A stretch of DNA of 63,627 nt, the filler included, from Trichosphaerium sp. ATCC 40318 (taxonomy: Eukaryota; Protista; Tubulinea), in NCBI GenBank assembly GCA_038496445.1. It is 3 parts of 3 records of this genome, joined end to end, with 100 filler letters (N's around TTAATTAATTAA, not from the genome) between each part and the next. Parts side by side here need not be neighbours in the genome. Positions count along the whole stretch, not along the records: positions 26,498 to 50,877 come from JALMLS010000205.1; 2 more parts are not named here. One strand, given 5' to 3'. Shown here piece after piece: positions 38,801 to 50,977 of this stretch. The notes under the pieces are model-generated. The model did no database searches. It was given only the letters and a program-made list of their open reading frames with translations, and was not told the origin of the DNA. Made by a program: the position numbers and the translations under genes. Within the stretch, counting starts at the first letter, position 1. Each line of letters opens with the position of its first letter.

Positions 38801-41053
38801 TATCTTCTGTGTATTTACAAAAATATTACAGGTTGCTGAATAGTGTTATACAACAGTCGTTTTTACCTGGAAGTATTGGTTGCCTAGATGAATCAGTACT
38901 ACCAGGAGCAAGTATGTCAACACTATCAAGGCATCATTTAAATGGCCATAGAGGTGTGGTTTAGATGTTATTGTTCACGCAAACCTGTAAAGGAAGGATT
39001 TTGGGTTTTTGAATTCTGTTTTAAAGTACGTTACCTCATAAAGCCTTTTTTAATGATTTAAAAAGAATGGTAAAGATGTTTGGCCATGGATGCTTGAAGT
39101 ACGATTTGGAGGAAGCACTTTGCCTCCGTCACACATGGCTCACTTTATTGCTACTACTATATTGAAGAAGTATCCCAACAATAAAATTACCATAGCAACT
39201 GATTCATACTACACTACACCAGCTATGGCAAAGCAAGCATCTAACAACTTTAAATTTGTTGGAGTTATGAATTCGACTAAAGCAGCGGACATGATTTCTC
39301 ACCTGAAAAAAGTACAAAAATTCCATGTCCACATCTAATTGATTGCTAGTTGCTACCCAACAAAAAGGTTGGAACACATGTGTGGGTATATGACGCCAAC
39401 ACATTGGAACAAGATTCTCCAGTCTGTGCTGGTATATTCAAAGATGTTAAATCTCATGTCTCTTATCTATCAAACATTGGAGATCCTACTAAATCTGTTT
39501 CTGTGACAGAAACTATCAAGTCAAAACAACAGGTGATACATAAGCCTGAACCCGTGAAGCTGTATTCAGAATTGAAAAATGCTTGTGATGTATTTAATAG
39601 ATTGTACGCATAAGTTGTAGTTATTAATACTGATTTTATACACAGTGTATTGAAGTACAGAAGGATTCATAATACCAAAAACACTCGGTGGACCACAGCA
39701 TTGTTGACAGCCTACTTGTAACATATTTTGTTAACACCACAGTTAATGTTGTTTAGTGATTTGTTTATGGCATCCTCTTTTTGTTGGTACACAATGCTCA
39801 ACAAACATAGCACAATAACATATGCAAAGTACATGGAAATGGTCGCAACTTCTTTAATGGAATCAAACCACAAACCCATATGTATTCGGCTGAGAAAACC
39901 CACAACTGCAAAAACTCCTAAACCTCAAGCTTACAATGATAGATGTTTACATACTCGGTCTAAAATGAAACCAATTTCAGACATCCAAAGCAATCAAATG
40001 AAATCACGCACAAGTGATCACATTCATCAAGCCAAACAATCAAACAAAAGAAAATTAGAAAAACAAAGTGGACGGGCAAAAAAACGTCAGCGAGTAGCAA
40101 AAACTCATAGTTTGCACTCAATTACAAAGTCTCGCTTTTCTGACAAGCTATTAAACTCACAAGTTGCCAAATGCAAGGTTTGCAATCAACGAAAAATAAG
40201 AAGGTACTATGCCGGCTATTTATTAACAGTATTCACCAAGATTAGGTATTGCAAAGGATGTATGATACAGCGTAAACTTGTTTGTGTGAAAAAAACTGTC
40301 TATTCTTTAAGAGTTCCAACGTTTTACTGTGTTGATTGCTTTCTAAACTACCACATGAACACTTCTTTCAACTACTGAATGGTACCTCTCTCTTTGGTCA
40401 TTTGGGATTGACATGGAATATCATATATCTTTTGGCTCTCACTGGGCTAGCTCCAGGCAGTGACCCAGATTATGGAGAAGACGACTTAGTATCAGGTAAG
40501 AAAAAGAGATTTAAAGAGAAAGCTAACAAGGCGTTCAAGGTTGACATTGATACCATATTGGCAATGAAATAGCATTCTGCCTTGTAGTATCTCTTAGAAC
40601 ATGCAGTGGATATTGCCTCCTACCAATGCAACAGTGGCACTGACACTGAATGCCATAACTGGTACAAGACGCTTTTACACCTCACTCTATGATATCTATC
40701 TAATGGTTGTCTTTTGCAATGCGAAATAATTGGTATTTTTAGGTAATTAACTAACAAAGACGGACTGAAAATGATGGCATTTTTTATTTTTTGTTTGTTT
40801 TACAAGATATTGATACCCTTTGTACATGGGTAACAATTTTGGAAAGTGTTTGGACACAGCAGCAATGTCCGAAAATAAACTTCCTCTTTCTGTGAACACA
40901 AAAAAAGGCTGCGGATGCTGCTCAAATTTGGGCAAAAAATTGTCCAAAATTCCGCCCGCTTGTACTCCTTGTGTGTAGTCGCTTGTGTGGGGGTAGTGGG
41001 TATATGTAAGAAATAACCAGCTACCTATTTGTGTTGTTATTCAGTCGATAGAG
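35894..41053 (+). mobile_element. piggyBac-superfamily DNA transposon, 5160 bp
   Basis: 16-bp TIRs CTCT(G/A)TCGACTGAATA (35894-35909; 41038-41053, one mismatch), flanked by ATAT on both sides (35890-35893; 41054-41057); encodes a piggyBac-type transposase. Confidence 0.93.
36104..40378 (+). CDS. USP-like cysteine protease / chromo-like / piggyBac transposase fusion, about 16 introns
   Basis: Cys box WDAHSCPWDAVYIAL (Cys 36503); His box KHYTTYVNVNGIWWFID (37251-37298); YFGALLGM..PNYWK; DDD triad CLDES (38887), TDSYYTT (39201), KNACD (39587); RKPVKEG; C-terminal CKVC..YCKGC..CVDCFLNYH. The checked introns joining the domains are phase-compatible. Confidence 0.85.
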
Positions 41054-42059
41054 ATATACTCTTGCAGCATTCAATACGGCTATACCTCTAATCTTAAAGG
41101 TATATGGAACAGCTGGACAATGGTGCGTTGTTTTTTAAGCATAGTATCATTTCATCTTCTAAAACGCAAAAGGTGTTGGATAAGTGGTGAGAAACTTGGT
41201 GGAAACTATAGAATGATATTCTACTACGCTCAAATATGGATTTTGTGGATTGTTTGTGTTACAATGTGAGCCTATAAATGTACTATAACGAAATGTTAAT
41301 TAATGTTTTTAGGTATGTGATGACATGGTCATTTTATCGGAATGTTGTTGTTACAACTGAACAAGGAACACATACTTTCAAAGTAAAGACAAAAGCTGTA
41401 CGTATATTCAGTTTCAGAATAGTGGAGACGTTCTAACCAATTATTCTAGATCAAAAAATTCATATACTATCCACTTGTGTTCATTATTATTTTTATTGGA
41501 CCCTCATTATTCCGAGTGTGGACACTCATTGAACCACATCCAGCGCAAACGCGATTATTTATATTAATACTATTCCATCATGTATGTTTCACTGGTATGG
41601 GTATCATAAATGCCGTCAGTACGTTCTGAATAGCAAAAAGACTGCAAAGAGCTTATTTGCTAATCTGCCTTTTTTTACTAGTTTACGGCATCAATGAGAG
41701 TGTGGTGAAGGAATGGAAAAAGATACTAGGAACACAACGTGAAAACTCTACTATTGTTCTAGAAGCTACCAAAGTAGAGGGAGCGGCGAGAACAGTATCA
41801 CAAATAGAAGATGAATCAAGTGAAGGTGGAACAAAGCGTAAAACTGGGGAATCATCTGAGAGCAAAGAAAGCAACTCAATAGCCTCTAGTATTTCAGATT
41901 CATCTTCTAGTAATAGCATAGGAATGTCTGACGCACTAACAGATACTTCTACGTCTGAATAAAATTGTACAAAAAATAAACAAAAAATATTTAATCTTGG
42001 TTTACGGACGAACATAAATACTTATTAAGATAATTCTTTGTCTTGTGTAAAAGCCTAAT

Positions 42060-43287
42060 TTCTTACTGGGACAATAATTGAATCCTTGCCGCATTTGCCT
42101 CTGGTGTAATCTAAATAAATTAAGTAAAAATAAAAAGTAAAAATAGAAACATTGCATACTGCATTGGCACATTGCATAGGAAAACCAACATAGAAAAAAG
42201 GTGTAGGTATGACAGGTATAGGGAAAAGGGGAGTACTAATCTGTGATCTACCTTAATAAAAGTCTCAAAAAAGAATGTAGAACCAATAAACATGATAAGG
42301 AGGACTTTAAACCATAAAATAATACTATACCTGTAGCCCTATTAAGCGCACGTGCTATCAGCATACCTCCGTCATTCTGTGATAGCAATAAATTGGAATC
42401 ATCTAGTCTGTTAAGCAGATGTACACCTCGTATTGCGTTTCCAAGTTGTGGAAGTAATGATAAATCAATAACGCAACGGTCTGTCAGCGTAGATGTTTCT
42501 AATTCCAAAACGGTTGTACTGGAACTTGCGAACCTAGCGAAATATGTTGTATCACCTTCAATCCGCACTAAAACAATAAGTGTTGTTGATGAGACATATA
42601 TATAAACTCATCCATGTTCATTTTTGGAAAGAATCAAAATGACAACGGAATAGAAAAAGAAGGCGAGAACAAAATTGTTTTCGCGTACTTCCCATAATAC
42701 TCTCTGTCAATGCACAAGTTGATAATGGACCAGATATACAATCGTTGGGGTTTGTGATATCCAAGCTGTATCTACTTACAACAAGAGGACCCCTAGCTCC
42801 AGCCCAAAAGTTTGTTTCATCAATGAATTGACCAAAGTCTATCTCTTCAGGTACAGTATCAAAGCAAATCTCAGTATTATCTAATCTTCTGACAGATATT
42901 TGTGTAGAAAATCCCCTTAACTTGTAGACAATAGCGATAAACTGGCCATCTAGCGAAGGTACTAAACAGGTAACTCAACAAAAATCCTTAAGTCAAAAAA
43001 AACCAACGAAGCGTACTAACTGAGATGACCCCAACAGCATTAGGGACAAAAAAAAACTGAGCAGTCACACCTGTAGATGTCAAACCTAAAATCACGTGAG
43101 CAAACAAAAGTAGGTCGCGAACGCATTCACCATTAAACTCCGAGTCTGTTGAGAATATTTCTGTATCAATAGTGTTTGTGTTTTCATTAAACCCAATAAA
43201 TAAGAACCTAGAATCTCCTTGGCAGATACAAGTTGATACAAGCGCTGAGATTGTTATTATTGCGGTAATTAAAAGGCTGTTGTGCAT
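42060..43287 (-). CDS. Hypothetical secreted protein, multi-exon
   Basis: Signal peptide MHNSLLITAIITISALVSTCIC followed by several exons with GT-AG boundaries. No family recognised; 3' end approximate. Confidence 0.55.
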
Positions 43288-43749
43288 CGAGAGATAAAGC
43301 TTTTTGGAAATCAGTCAACAAGGTTCTATCAAATGTTGAGAACCTTAAATGCATGAAGGAAAAAACAAGTTTGTGTAACGGACAGTTGTGACTTGTGTGG
43401 TAACTAATTTATTATATATCTACAAACACTTAAACACGTACAATCGCTAGATAGCGATATACACACGGAGTCTCTCTCTAAGCACGTGAATACTCTAAGT
43501 ATTCAATGAATCCAATCCTCGAGACTTCTCATCTAACTTATCGTTACAGTTTGGGCGTTCTAATCACACGGTAGCTAACGCTTGTTGGATATGCCGGTTG
43601 AGATTTTATCACGTATTTTACAACAAGCTTCGAAAATACAATGTCATCTTTTTTCTTCTATCACTCACGACATTATTGGACACTGTCGTGTCACATTAAC
43701 AACGATTGAACAACCCAAAGAAATTGTGCAACAGCATGGCATTATGAAG

Positions 43750-44090
43750 CACAAGGATTAGGTTGGCTTACACATTATGAAGAGTTTCAGTTTGATTATC
43801 TTCTGGAACAATTTAAAGATTCATACAATCATGCTTTGTGACTCTCAGGTGAGCACAATCGCGATCTACAATGGCGAACATTTACGACTGTGGAATCAAA
43901 GCATTTACCAATGTCAAATACCTACATCTTGTTTGTTGCATGAGCATGACAACGGACTCAAGTTTGAAGACATTGGTTAGTCAACCTCGAACAACTTGAA
44001 CTGACTAGGTGTCCTATGAAACATGTTGTAGTATGTTGTTGTCCCCAGGTCACAGAAGGGGCTTTAAAGTCATTGGTATTAAATTTTATT
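43750..44090 (+). pseudogene. Possible degraded Cys-containing LRR gene fragment
   Basis: Frame-broken pieces NVKYLHLVCCMSMTTDSSLKTL and LEQLELTRC..CCPQVTEGALKSL resemble LRR_CC repeats. Confidence 0.3.
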
Positions 44091-44313
44091 GTACGAAAGA
44101 AAAACAACAATGCTGTTAAGTTTGACGCTTTAAGCTGCAGTCTTCACGTGATTAGAAGCTGTAACAACTCCTTCATGACATAAGGAATAGACACCATTAT
44201 TAATTTGCTTTTAACTGACCTTCGGCTGGATAAGTCCAAGACATTCTGACATTTATTGTCTGTTTGTTGAAATCTTGTCCCATCGTGGCTGTTAATGTTA
44301 ATTGATCACCACT

Positions 44314-47300
44314 ATGGATGACGAGTTGAACGAAGCTAAATCTAGGGTAATAGTAAACTAATTGGTTAGAAAGCCAATTTCGCTTATTTTGTCAGGGCCC
44401 TGCGAGCGCTAAAGCGAATACAATCAATCTTTCTGGGTTTAGAGCGCTGCAAAATGGTATAGTACAAATTTGTTAAAATAGAGCTTACCGCGCATAGATG
44501 AAGCTGTTGAATGCGCATCGACAAGTTCAATGGATTCTACGCAATCAATGCGTTTAGATTATACGAAGAACTCTTCGTACGCACCAATCGTCATTACTAC
44601 GCCCAAATAACTATTTTATTACATTAGAAGCGTATCTAAACGCCAGAAAAAATCAACAGTACGCAAACGCCAACTAACTGCCTCTTTTATCATTAACGTG
44701 AAGTAGTCTAAACTGAGACGTACTTACAGCGAAACTGAGAGAAAAATCAGGAGCAAACTCCGATCAAAGTAACTAAAACGTCACAAACGTCATAAAACTA
44801 ATCATTGTAGACACTCTACTACGCGTGGAACCTTTGTTGATGTTGACATAACACGCGTGGACAGAACAGAAGGCAACTCTTCAACATCTCCAAGATCGCC
44901 TCGATCACGTCTTTCTCCACGGTCTCCATCGTCTAGCAATGATTCTAAGGAATCAAAGAAATCTTTAAAACGAACACTTTCAAAAGCGCGATTGATGCGT
45001 CTCATACGCCCTACAGGCTCAACACGCAACCGTCAAGGTGATACTTAAAGTAGAAGTTGCTTGTTCTGACCTTTCAAAGCACGTGTAGAAAAAAAACTTC
45101 AGAGGACTCATATCATCGAAGAAATCATTGAAACGGAACGTAGCTATGTTAAATCTCTCCAAATAGTTCTCAAGTTATTCTATAAACCATTACAAACTTC
45201 TTCAAGCTCGGTACGCCTTCAGTAGTCTTAAAGTTAGTGAGTCTAACTAAATTCGCTGATCTTTATTCTTCCAAAAAAGGAAACCCCTCTTATGGCTGCT
45301 GATAAAGTTAAATATGTATTCTCTGAGCTTCATTCTATTTTGAAGCTCAACGTAGAATTCCTTGGTGATTTAGAAGTACAACTACAAAAAAAGAACGGAA
45401 CAATAGGTGATGCTTTTGAACGCTTTGTTAGAAAGGTATCAATTCACTTGTCATCATTTGTTTACTTTTTTTCAACACGTGGTTTCTGTGAAATATAACT
45501 TGTATTTAGGCAGCACATATGCGTGTATATTCACAGTATATAAACAAGTTTGATGAAATAGTTGATGTACTTAAACGCGAGGAATCAGCTAGCGAATCTT
45601 TTGCATTTTTTTTAAGAGTATGTTTTATTTATAAATATTCATGCTCCTCGAATAATATTATTAGAGAGCCAGTAAGCATCCTGATGCTGATTATAGAGAC
45701 ATATCAGATTTTTTAATAATGCCAGTTCAACGTATGTTGTGTTTTTTGTTGTACAACGTTAGACTCACAACGTCGTTCATAGGTATTCCACGGTATGAGA
45801 TGCTCTTAAAGGTATTAGCTTTATTCACTTTCATTCAAGTTGACATGTTCTTTAAAGGAATTGGTGAAGAGTACGCCTTCACATCATTCGGATAGATCTA
45901 GCCTTACCAATGCGCTTGCAATGATAAGTGCTACTGCTATGAGGATAAATCAGAACAAGAACGAAAATGTAAGTTCTATAGCCAATTGTCTGCTTTTGCT
46001 TAAAATTTTAGGTTGCATCTGAAAAAGTGATAAAGTTGCAACTCTTGATTGGAGATAAAATGAGTATTATTCAACCACACAGGCATAATGAGTTGTTTAA
46101 TGTTTAGATACTTATATTAGTCCTTTAGACGGCTTATATTACAAGCTGAAATTGTTGTACATACAGAAGTACCTTCGTGGAAAGTAAAACAAAGGCTTAC
46201 TTGCATATTTCTATTTAACGATGCATTAATGTTCACACAACGCAAAGGCATTAAAGACTCTAAAACAGGGATATCAAACAACCCATTAAACTCTTTAACG
46301 TGAGTATATAACATCAAGTTAAAAAGCAAAAAATCCATTAATTACCCAACTAACTCTCATTTGTTAAAGTGCGTTGGATGTTCTGGAATTCTTTCCTCTG
46401 ACAGAACTTTTCGATCTTACTATTTTACGGGATACGTTGGAAGGTATGATTCTTTGATACTACTTGTACCTGTATGCTGATCGATTTAGTTCCCTGTGGG
46501 CTACTACTGGGGTTTTTTGATGTTGAATTTCGATTGTTTTTTTCAAGCGAGAAACAAGTCATTCAATGGCGTGATAATATCTTAGACTGCTTAAATACCA
46601 ATGTTGTTCGTGCTAATATGTTCAATAAGAACAAGTACTATAGAGATAAGATACGTGAATACAAAGAGGAACAAGCTGCTGAAGCACGTGATGCTGCAAG
46701 AAAGTCAAAGGGAAGATTATCACGCCGTTTTTCGTAAGTCAACAAAACTAGCTTGAACTCAACAAACTAAAACAAACCTTTTAGCTTGAGCAGTTCTAAA
46801 AGTGAAAAGAAACGATCTCCATCTTCTCCACCTATTTCACCTACTCTACAACTGAAGCGTAGAAACCAATCTAGTACGTTATCTCGACCTTCTTTCGATG
46901 CCTTACCGCCACCTTCTAGCGGCAGCGGGACATAGTATAAGTGGATGGAAATTACCAAATCTAAAGGACTTAATACAAGCTGATACTGCTCTTGGCGAGT
47001 GCTTAACAGCAAGTTACGAAGCTGCAGGAAATGCTATATTATACTGGTCAACAATTAACAGTATACCATGTACTATGGTGCAGAAGAAGATAACACCAAG
47101 AAAGCGCATTGCCAAGAACCTTCCAATGCTTAAACGATCTCAGACTTTTGAACCATCTACAACACCTCCTCGCTCAAACAAGAAAAAGAGGATTAGTTTT
47201 ACAAAGAATATAGGCTCTCTTACTAGGAGTAAGTCAATGGAGCCTTTTAGGTCCCTTTGGGGACCAAAGGAAAGAAGTACTAGTAAAGGTACAGCAAATA

Positions 47301-47455
47301 AGAAAAAACAAGGATCACAGTCAGCAAGACTATCAACTCTCAAGTATTCTTCACCACTTCCTTTAATTAAGGAAAAGAAGAAGGAAAACGACTTGAGCAA
47401 TATTCACGATGAGCACATGCTTTCACGAAAGTACTACTTCAGTAAACAGGTATGA
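44314..47455 (+). CDS. Dbl-family RhoGEF (DH-PH)
   Basis: RTHIIEEIIETERSYVKSL, FLIMPVQRIPRYEMLLKELVKSTP, PH-like LHIFLFNDAL, Ser/Arg/Pro-rich flanks. The 3' end is uncertain (possible stop near 46935). Confidence 0.88.
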
Positions 47456-47821
47456 AACAATAACAATTATCTCTTCATCCGTTTGTCTTTTCTCATATTT
47501 TTCTAACTTTCTAACTTTTTTTGTTCTGCTTTAGGAGCACGCTCGTGTGGATTTTACTATTGTTTCTTTTCGTGACAAGTTAAGGAGATGTCCTCCACCT
47601 TCGCCTACTGTAAGAGATAGAGCATTATCAGTATTAGTTAAAGAAGGAATACTCTGATAATAAAACGCAAATTGTACTTTACCACTATGGAGTATTGAGT
47701 AACATTGAACACCTGGTTGCACTAAACTACACGACAGAAGTTGTTCGAAGAATCGTTTTCGCAATTGTGCGGCACAAGTAACTTAGTTTGCACTTGCGTT
47801 AAACCTCAACCCTTCAACATC

Positions 47822-49040
47822 ATGGCACGAACAAAGATAACACGGAGAGGGCAAACCAAACTACCAACTAAATCATCTGGAGATAACACAACTAAAAGAT
47901 CTCTATCAACTCTTGATTGTACTTCAGCGAGCCTTTCAGCGGCGCCAGAAGCTGTGTGGATAGCTTTATTTTGCAAGTGTAGTACAATAACACTTGCCAG
48001 ACTTGTATGCGTCAATAAAACGTTTAAACGTATTTTACACACGCATGAGGATCTTTCTGAAGAGATGTTTACATATTTCAAAATATTTCAAATATTTCAA
48101 ATATTGCAAATGTTTTAAATGTTGCGAAATTGTTGAAAAACCTGCCAAACTTTTTGTCAGTCGGTTGTTAAAAGTTACGCTAAACACCTGAAAAGCGTTC
48201 TACGGTAGTTTGGTCGCGCTTTTCTGTTTTGTTTCAAGTGTTACATTTATTTCATAATATTTGGTATATTTGTAATATTTGAAATATTTGTAACCAGAAA
48301 ACATCTCTTGAGAGTATTAGTAGAGGTTCGTTGTTTAAACAAGTACTGGAAGCCCTAAAACCATAAAACTAGGAACCTCTGGTACTGTGTTTTCCTGGCA
48401 GTTCATCATTAACGTAATGAATGAGGTTGAGGAAGCGCCAGAACAGACTTTTTTCAAAACAACCGACAATAAGCCTCAACCGTGGCTAAACAATGAATCA
48501 ATCAAGGATAAATATCCTAACCTACTCTCCAAGTACATGTTATTGATTCAAAATGCAGGAAATGACACGTGGGAAGTAAAGAAAGGTTCCCAAATGAACA
48601 ACCCTCCAAAACCGGGAGACAGTCCCAGTGACGTTATATGGCCTTGCATTCAAAATAGAAAGCCTTGGAAGCGAGCGTTGACAATTCATTGGGTATCTAA
48701 CAGTGGACATAACTTGTATATGTCACTTTGTGATCATGAAGGTGCACTTGGTTTTAACACAAAAAAAAAAGATGGAATTGTTATTGGGCTAGCAAATGGT
48801 TTACCTTATGTGTACAGCAGTGATGTATGCTATATTAATGGAAGTGGGTGTATGCGGCTTTGGAATAGTATAGATTTTTGCTATGATAAGATGCCTACTG
48901 TTAAAGATGCATTATCTGAGTTTGAAAGAAGTATTTTGAGATTCTTTTCTAATGATAACGGTCCATTACCATGTGATAAGATGCTCTCCAAGCACCTATT
49001 AAAAGAAATAAAGATAAAGAAAGGTGATAAACTGGCTTAG
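47822..49040 (+). pseudogene. F-box protein interrupted by a MITE in exon 1 (this allele)
   Basis: APEAVWIALFCKCSTITLARLVCVNKTFKRIL. Removing 48061-48308 plus one TGA gives DLSESISR, then a phase-1 intron into GTSGTVFSWQF (ORF 48387-49040). Confidence 0.7.
48061..48308. mobile_element. MITE, 248 bp (PIF/Harbinger-like by TSD)
   Basis: 10-bp TIR AGAGATGTTT/AAACATCTCT, 3-bp TSD TGA (48058-48060; 48309-48311), mirrored subterminal AAATATTTC-type repeats, no coding capacity. Confidence 0.85.
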
Positions 49041-49627
49041 GCATGTCATGCTTTAACACTTGCACGATGGGTGTACTACTGACACTAATGACAATTTTTG
49101 TGTTAGTCAGATACAACTTACTTGAAGTACAGTAGTTTCAAAAATAAACTACCTTGTTGGTCTAACATGCCTGTGTAGTTAATCTGCCATTGGTTAAATA
49201 ACCTTGTAACAAATACCACTTGTGAGAAATACAAAAACAAACAAGAGCCATCTTACAAAACCTAAAGTGCTACTAACAGAACGTAAAAAATCGAGACACT
49301 GGATGTACTATATATCTATCTCCAGAATTAAACTGTCATTGTACATTGCACTTGTCAAATTGGGGCAGCAACGAGCATTCCTTGTCACTCATATTTTACT
49401 TTTAAGTTCAAAAGTCAACTAGCAGTCAATTCCAAGAGAAAAAAAACTCGAAACTTTTATTACATATTCATAAACTCGATGAACGCTATAAAATACCTTG
49501 CACTCGTATATGGATAGCAATAAGAAGTCCGGAAAAATAAACCTCCCAGAATTTACAATGGAACTGTCGATGGATGAAATTTACCCCCGCGCTCGCTTAA
49601 TAGTGTAATCATATAAACACACTCAAC

Positions 49628-50454
49628 ATGTACGCAGTAACAACAACCAGAAGCTGTTTAGTAGCAATAAACCAAAACAAAACTACACGCTATCTAAAGG
49701 CTGTCCCAACACACAAAAGGCACTATAGTACAGGTACGTTCATTAATAAGCAGTTAAAAGAATTATTCATACCAAGTTTCTAAAAACCGTTTAGAAACGA
49801 GCAAATACGACGAAAAGGAAGCAAAAGATATTGTAGACAACGTTCTTCGCGTTTATAACTGTGACATCACTCCTGCTTCTTTCGCAAACTACGCGGATAC
49901 TATGGTTTTCGAAGACCCTGTAATACGCACAGTTGGTACTACTTTCCCATTTAAAACGGTTTAAGCCTAAAACTAAATCCTAGGCGCAAGGAGGTTCCAA
50001 TCCGCAATGTTCTTTATGCCACTATGCTTCAAGGAGCCTCAACTTGACGTAACGAACATTGAGAGTAACACAAGCGACAAAGGTACGCTACAACCGGAGA
50101 AATCTGTTTGTTTTTTTCTGACTTTTGTGTGAAGGTACAATCGACGCTCTTCCAACTACAGACCAAGTAGTATCGTTTAACTTGAAGATGTCGTATAGAC
50201 TAAGAGGTATTGGGCTCCGTCTATCACTACCAACAAAGATTTTTCTCGAACTCCAAAACGGTCAAATTGTAAGACATCACGATTGTTGGTTTGGTAGAAG
50301 AATTTTTGGTATGTCAAGATTGAACCCTCTGTTCTATGTACGCAGCTTCGAGGGTTGGTTTTGTGGGTTCCTATTCAGCAGTAAGCGGGATAGAGTGTGG
50401 GAACAGCAACAACAACAACAGAGCGGTGTTGACGCTGCTGCACCTTCAGTGTAG
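49628..50454 (+). CDS. SnoaL/NTF2-like fold protein, possible mitochondrial presequence
   Basis: YADTMVFEDP..G and GQIVRHHDCW motifs; basic, hydroxylated N-terminus lacking acidic residues. Confidence 0.7.
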
Positions 50455-50877
50455 TCAATTTGGTTTCTGTTAACAAAGTATTTGTTACGCCAACAGAGAA
50501 CATTTTGTTTGGCAAGATGAACTCTAACATTTGTAAATAATTCAATAACGATAGCAACAAACTTTTATCGGATACATTTGATTCTTGTGATAAGTACATT
50601 ACCATGAGTGACTACCCTGTAAGTTGTATTCCTGGATATACATCAGAAAAGGCAGACAATGTTTTTGACTAGACTCAGGCGCTAGATCGTGGTGATGGAA
50701 AAGATACCTCTAGCTGATCTTAAAACTACTTATGTCGTGCATTTGTAGTCACCAACTTACGATCAAATTATCATAGGCGATTTTGTCTAAGCTTACATTT
50801 ATTCGATTTTTTTATTATTATTGGTCACTGTCATCCAGTGGACCCATAGCTGTTGTAGCAAGTGCTCCTTTGCCTGC

Positions 50878-50977
50878 NNNNNNNNNNNNNNNNNNNNNNN
50901 NNNNNNNNNNNNNNNNNNNNNTTAATTAATTAANNNNNNNNNNNNNNNNNNNNNNNNNNNNNNNNNNNNNNNNNNNN
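50878..50977. other. Assembly gap with artificial TTAATTAATTAA linker
   Basis: Same N/linker/N structure as at 26398. Confidence 0.97.

Larger units (their letters stand above)
35307..41962 (+). pseudogene. cAMP-receptor-like (Dicty_CAR/GCR1-type) 7TM GPCR, disrupted in a coding exon by a DNA transposon (this allele)
   Basis: Hydrophobic exons, YGTAGQW-CWI loop, LYPLVFIII, GIINAVxYG and a Ser-rich tail. Removing 35894-41053 plus one ATAT restores VIGYTLAAFNTAIPLIL. Confidence 0.85.

Noticed and set aside
48061-48308. CRISPR-like or simple satellite reading of the short repeats
   Set aside because: No repeat-spacer structure; TIRs and a TSD explain it as a MITE. No CRISPR array was seen anywhere in the window.
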